DNA of 61,506 nucleotides, taken from the IMG/VR virus record IMGVR_UViG_3300029740_000238; one strand, written 5' to 3'. A program made the position numbers and the translations under genes. Every line of letters starts with the position of its first letter. Position 1 is the stretch's first letter. The notes beneath the pieces were generated by a model that saw only the letters and a program-made list of their open reading frames with translations, was not told where the DNA came from and made no database searches. Shown here piece by piece: positions 57,715 through 61,506 of this stretch. This DNA is from a virus (Duplodnaviria > Heunggongvirae > Uroviricota > Caudoviricetes).

Positions 57715-59445
57715 TTGAGTAATTTAACCGATGAAGCGGTCAATGACGCAAAACAGGGAGCTAAAGCAGTTTCCTCAACAGTACATGCTGTAAAACAAGG
57801 CGTTAAGGATGCTAAGGTCATTGGTAAAGCGGCGGGACAAGCAGCAGCAGGCAATTTTGCCGGTGCTGCTGCCACCATGGTTTCGCATCCAGAGACGCTG
57901 ATTAAAGTTATCGCGGCGACTATCGTCATTGCACTCATACCAGTACTTTTATTGCTTTTCGGATTTATGTTTCTTACTCAGATTCCGGGAACGATTGCAG
58001 AAACGACAATGAGTGCGTTGGGAGAAACCGTTGACGAAGTTGTGCTTGGCTGGGAAGGCTTCAAGGCTCAGTTATCTAATGGTATTGATGATTTTTTGAC
58101 CTGGATTACAACAGGTGAAAAAGGTGATGCGTCGCAGGCATATCAGGATGATATTGCGATTGCTTCAGACGATATATTTCAATCTTATATTGGAACGTCA
58201 AATGTGATTGTTGCGGTTCTGAACAATTATTTTAGGGACGCCTATACCGATTATCTGGAAAGCGTAAAGAAAACGGCTCAAGACGAAGTCGAAAAAGCTA
58301 AAAAAGCGGCGATGAGTGACCCTAACAACGTTACCATAGACAATATTACCTGTACCATAGATAAAGATTTGTACGATGGCAAGAATTACCTTAACTGGAC
58401 GTTCTATATCATGGCTGGAGACAGCTATGCGGCTCGTACTGATGAAGGACTTTCTTTCCGCGTTCCCAAAATGGTAGAAGCAGCCAAAAAACTTGTTAAG
58501 AGTAAAGTTTGGAAAACCGAAGTAACAACAACAACAACATATGGTAAAAAAACTGTCACCACAATGGAACCTAAGATGGACGAGGACGGAAATCCGGTCT
58601 TTGATGAAGATGGAACGATTGTGATGGAACGTGTAAGTAAGGTGGTAAAAACAGCAAATATTAAATGCCTTTACTCGATTAAGCCGTCTCAAGCTTCGAA
58701 AAAAGTTATTATGGAATACTTCAATGTTCCACAAGATGAAGATACGGTTGAAAGTGATACTTCCGAAGCCGACCTTTTTGATGAAGAAGCTGCGACAATG
58801 CGGCAGCTGTATAATGCCGCTGAAGCAGATTTCGAAGGGGATTCTTCGTTGGATGTCGGGGCTGGTGATAGCACTGGTGGCGCTGGTACTGGCACAGTTA
58901 TCAGCGGTTCTATTAAGCAAATGATTGAGCAGTTTTATGCAAACCATTCCGATGAGCTGTTTGAATGTCCGGCTACGGGCCTTCTCCCTGGACCGTGGAG
59001 CGGTTGGAAGGCTAAGGTAACTTCCAGCTGGCAATCGCCTCGTGGCGATACGAAGCACAATGGCACTGATATTGTTCCCCCTCATTCGATATATCCAATG
59101 AGTGCGCCGTTTAAGGGTATCATTGTTGGTAAACAGGATGGTTATTCAAACGGTGTGCTTGTTACAAAAGGGAATGGTCAACGCGGTAACATGCTGATGA
59201 TTTATTACGGGGAACGCGGTGGCATAGTTCCGGGCGAAAAGAATGGCGTTTTCATTCTGTATCAGCATTTGAGCCCGGGCCTTTCGTACAATGTTGATGA
59301 TACAATTTCTGCTGGCGCAACAATCGCTACTACCGGCTACAGTGGCTATTGTCTTAGTAGTCATGGTGGAACGGGTGAACACTTGCACCTTGAACTTTAT
59401 TACGGCGAAACCCAAAAAGACCCTGAAATTGAAATGAGCAACTAA
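57715..59445 (+). CDS. Membrane-anchored M23 peptidase (conjugation cell-wall hydrolase)
   Basis: HNGTDI, YQHL, TGYSG, GEHLHLE; N-terminal TM. Confidence 0.8.
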   Translation: MSNLTDEAVNDAKQGAKAVSSTVHAVKQGVKDAKVIGKAAGQAAAGNFAGAAATMVSHPETLIKVIAATIVIALIPVLLLLFGFMFLTQIPGTIAETTMSALGETVDEVVLGWEGFKAQLSNGIDDFLTWITTGEKGDASQAYQDDIAIASDDIFQSYIGTSNVIVAVLNNYFRDAYTDYLESVKKTAQDEVEKAKKAAMSDPNNVTIDNITCTIDKDLYDGKNYLNWTFYIMAGDSYAARTDEGLSFRVPKMVEAAKKLVKSKVWKTEVTTTTTYGKKTVTTMEPKMDEDGNPVFDEDGTIVMERVSKVVKTANIKCLYSIKPSQASKKVIMEYFNVPQDEDTVESDTSEADLFDEEAATMRQLYNAAEADFEGDSSLDVGAGDSTGGAGTGTVISGSIKQMIEQFYANHSDELFECPATGLLPGPWSGWKAKVTSSWQSPRGDTKHNGTDIVPPHSIYPMSAPFKGIIVGKQDGYSNGVLVTKGNGQRGNMLMIYYGERGGIVPGEKNGVFILYQHLSPGLSYNVDDTISAGATIATTGYSGYCLSSHGGTGEHLHLELYYGETQKDPEIEMSN

Positions 59446-59497
59446 CCAAAGAAAGGAGTAAGGCCCCACCTGAGATAAAAGTGGGGCCGCTTTTATT

Positions 59498-60904
59498 ATG
59501 GACAACTTTATGAAAAGCGCCGCCATTTTGGGCGCTTGCCTTTGCTGTCTGACTGCTTGTAAAGGCAGCAGCGGAAACGGCAGCACAAATGCTACCAGTT
59601 CCACTGCGCCGACCCCGTCCATTCAAAGCACGCCTGAACCGTCTTCGAATCCCGATATTGGCGGTGATGTGGATACATCGGGCGGCACCCAAATGAAGGA
59701 TGGCGAAATCGTTCTGACCAAGTTGAATGTTAAGAGTCCAAACAATCTTGATTGCAACGGATACAAGGAAGTGAAAATGGGTGATGGCTCTCCTTTATAT
59801 AAGGAGAAGGCTCAGGTAATTGAAAGCATGGGCTTGATTCCGTATACGGATGATAACGGAAACGGCCTTGAGATTTTCAGCGGCCATACCGTGTATCTGC
59901 GTCCGAACCCGGAACACATGGAGCCGGAAGAGACTCCCGTTCCTGACGATGAAGCCTCGGAAAGTGAGACTGTGGATGAGACGGAGACTTCCTCCGATGA
60001 CTCTGCGTCAAGTGAAGAATCCGATGGCACGGTTTTGGGCGTTGATGAGAAGGATATCGTTTCGGAATCCGGACACTTTGATGCTGATGGGAACTATGTT
60101 GTCGATAGAGTGAGCACGACTGGATATGACGATTCGAACGGCTATAGCGTTGACGATGAATATTTGAAGTGCATTGTTTCCGGCGAGGAAGTCTATGAGC
60201 TTGACAAGGATTCGCTTGCCATCGATTATCCGACAGATTTCTCACAGCTTCGAAAAGAAGGTTCTTGCGAGCGGCTTTACATCTTCAATTCTCAGGAAGA
60301 ATACGACCAGGCAATCAAGAATCGAGAAGATGGTCAGGCTATCCTGAAAGGCGAAAAGACCGCTCCCACGAAATGCGTTATCTTGAACGGCTCTTTGGTT
60401 CCGGGCATGCACTTCTCCATCAACAGCGATGGCCGCCTGTGCGTTTCGGTTCGAGCATTGGCCGAGGCTTACGACAGCAATACGCAATATGCAGAGGACG
60501 CGGGTCTTCTCTATGTGCCCATCACTTATGGGCATTGGGAATATGTGCCGTCCGCAAGAGCTTTGACCAAAGCAAGCGAGTATTTTGAAATCCACGGTGA
60601 CAGGAAAACCTTCAAATATACGTCGCGCAATACATCGGATGCCTGGACCGATACGATGACGCTGGCCCAAGATAATACGTTCACAATGCCGATTGAAGAC
60701 GTTTCGAGAATCTTTGGCTGGGAATTCTGGTACAACGATAATATTTTGAAGGTCGTCACGGATTCTCTTGACGATACAAACCCTAACAACTTTATCTTGC
60801 AGGAAGTGGATACGACCGTTACAGAAGGAGAAGTTGAGGATTTGGATACTTCCGACAGCGAAGAAGAAACCGAAAACACTGACAGTGAGGTGGACAACCA
60901 GTGA
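59498..60904 (+). CDS. Acidic lipoprotein
   Basis: LTAC lipobox; Ser/Thr linker. Confidence 0.7.
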   Translation: MDNFMKSAAILGACLCCLTACKGSSGNGSTNATSSTAPTPSIQSTPEPSSNPDIGGDVDTSGGTQMKDGEIVLTKLNVKSPNNLDCNGYKEVKMGDGSPLYKEKAQVIESMGLIPYTDDNGNGLEIFSGHTVYLRPNPEHMEPEETPVPDDEASESETVDETETSSDDSASSEESDGTVLGVDEKDIVSESGHFDADGNYVVDRVSTTGYDDSNGYSVDDEYLKCIVSGEEVYELDKDSLAIDYPTDFSQLRKEGSCERLYIFNSQEEYDQAIKNREDGQAILKGEKTAPTKCVILNGSLVPGMHFSINSDGRLCVSVRALAEAYDSNTQYAEDAGLLYVPITYGHWEYVPSARALTKASEYFEIHGDRKTFKYTSRNTSDAWTDTMTLAQDNTFTMPIEDVSRIFGWEFWYNDNILKVVTDSLDDTNPNNFILQEVDTTVTEGEVEDLDTSDSEEETENTDSEVDNQ

Positions 60905-61506
60905 CCAAATGGAACGAATTCAAAACGAAAATTTTGATGCTGTCAAAGGGTGAAAAGCTCGTACTTTTGTTCTGCTTTTCCTTCCTTGTCAGCCTTTTCC
61001 CAGCAGGATGTATTGCAAAAGTCTTTGTCGGGGAATGGGATGCGGGGGTTTTGCGGGGCTTTGTGCTTGCCTTGACGACAGGCTACGGCATCGTGACGGC
61101 ACTTGTCTTTGCGTGTGCCATTACATTCATTATTATCCGGTTTTCCGTCAATAACACAGACCTCAACGCAACCAAAGAAGTTGATGACCGTGGCGTTGCA
61201 ACGTCTATGGCAGGCACATACGGCACAGCTCGCTGGATGAATGAAACGGAAGCCAAAAAGGTCTATGAGGTCGGCCCGGTTGAAAACGTGACGGGCACGA
61301 TTCTTGGACAGTTCACGCAAGACGGTGAGGAGGTTATCGCGCTTCCTTTTGAACCTACTGGTAACCGGAACCTTATCCTTATCGGACCTCCGGGTTCAGG
61401 TAAGTCTTTTGGCTATGTCAGAACGGCGGTATTCCAATCTATTGTGCGTGGCGAATCGGTTGTAGTCACTGACCCGAAAGGCGAAATTCACAACGATATG
61501 CGTAAA
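60901..61506 (+). CDS. virD4: VirD4/TraG-type coupling protein, 3'-truncated by the window
   Basis: Open frame from GTG at 60901: two TMs, TYGTARW, NLILIGPPGSGKSFGYV, SVVVTDPKGE. Confidence 0.88.
   Translation, partial: MTKWNEFKTKILMLSKGEKLVLLFCFSFLVSLFPAGCIAKVFVGEWDAGVLRGFVLALTTGYGIVTALVFACAITFIIIRFSVNNTDLNATKEVDDRGVATSMAGTYGTARWMNETEAKKVYEVGPVENVTGTILGQFTQDGEEVIALPFEPTGNRNLILIGPPGSGKSFGYVRTAVFQSIVRGESVVVTDPKGEIHNDMRK

Overview
This window looks like a 61.5-kb segment of a large, low-copy conjugative plasmid or similar extrachromosomal element, probably from a gut Clostridia-type host (inferred from protein style and RBS usage). A minus-strand replication/partition module (Rep_3 initiator, ParA, ParB, tandem-RHH protein) sits beside a ~2-kb origin with about 20 iteron-like 17-mers. 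Almost everything else is on the + strand. DNA-processing and establishment genes include a two-domain SSB, two RecD2-like helicases, RecG, DUF1064, YqaJ, a DUF932-like protein, an SSAP-like protein, a Toprim primase, HD and WGR proteins, and a MoxR-type AAA/VWA pair. The element also carries an apparently private export kit: a bactofilin-secY-secG-secE operon, signal peptidase I, a lipoprotein trigger-factor paralog and a sortase-like protein. The window ends in the start of a type IV secretion cluster (pilin, 2003-aa VirB6-like protein, M23 peptidase, partial VirD4). The most striking non-coding signals are: (i) 13 copies of one promoter architecture, TTGnnn-N5-TGCG-N7-nAnnAT; (ii) 8 of these followed by a conserved structured leader ending in an intrinsic terminator before the gene; (iii) three phased NrdR-box-like palindromes; (iv) a repeat bracketing the par operon. 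All protein calls come from motif recognition by eye, not database searches. No rRNA, tRNA, CRISPR array, relaxase, VirB4, SecA or phage structural gene was recognised.
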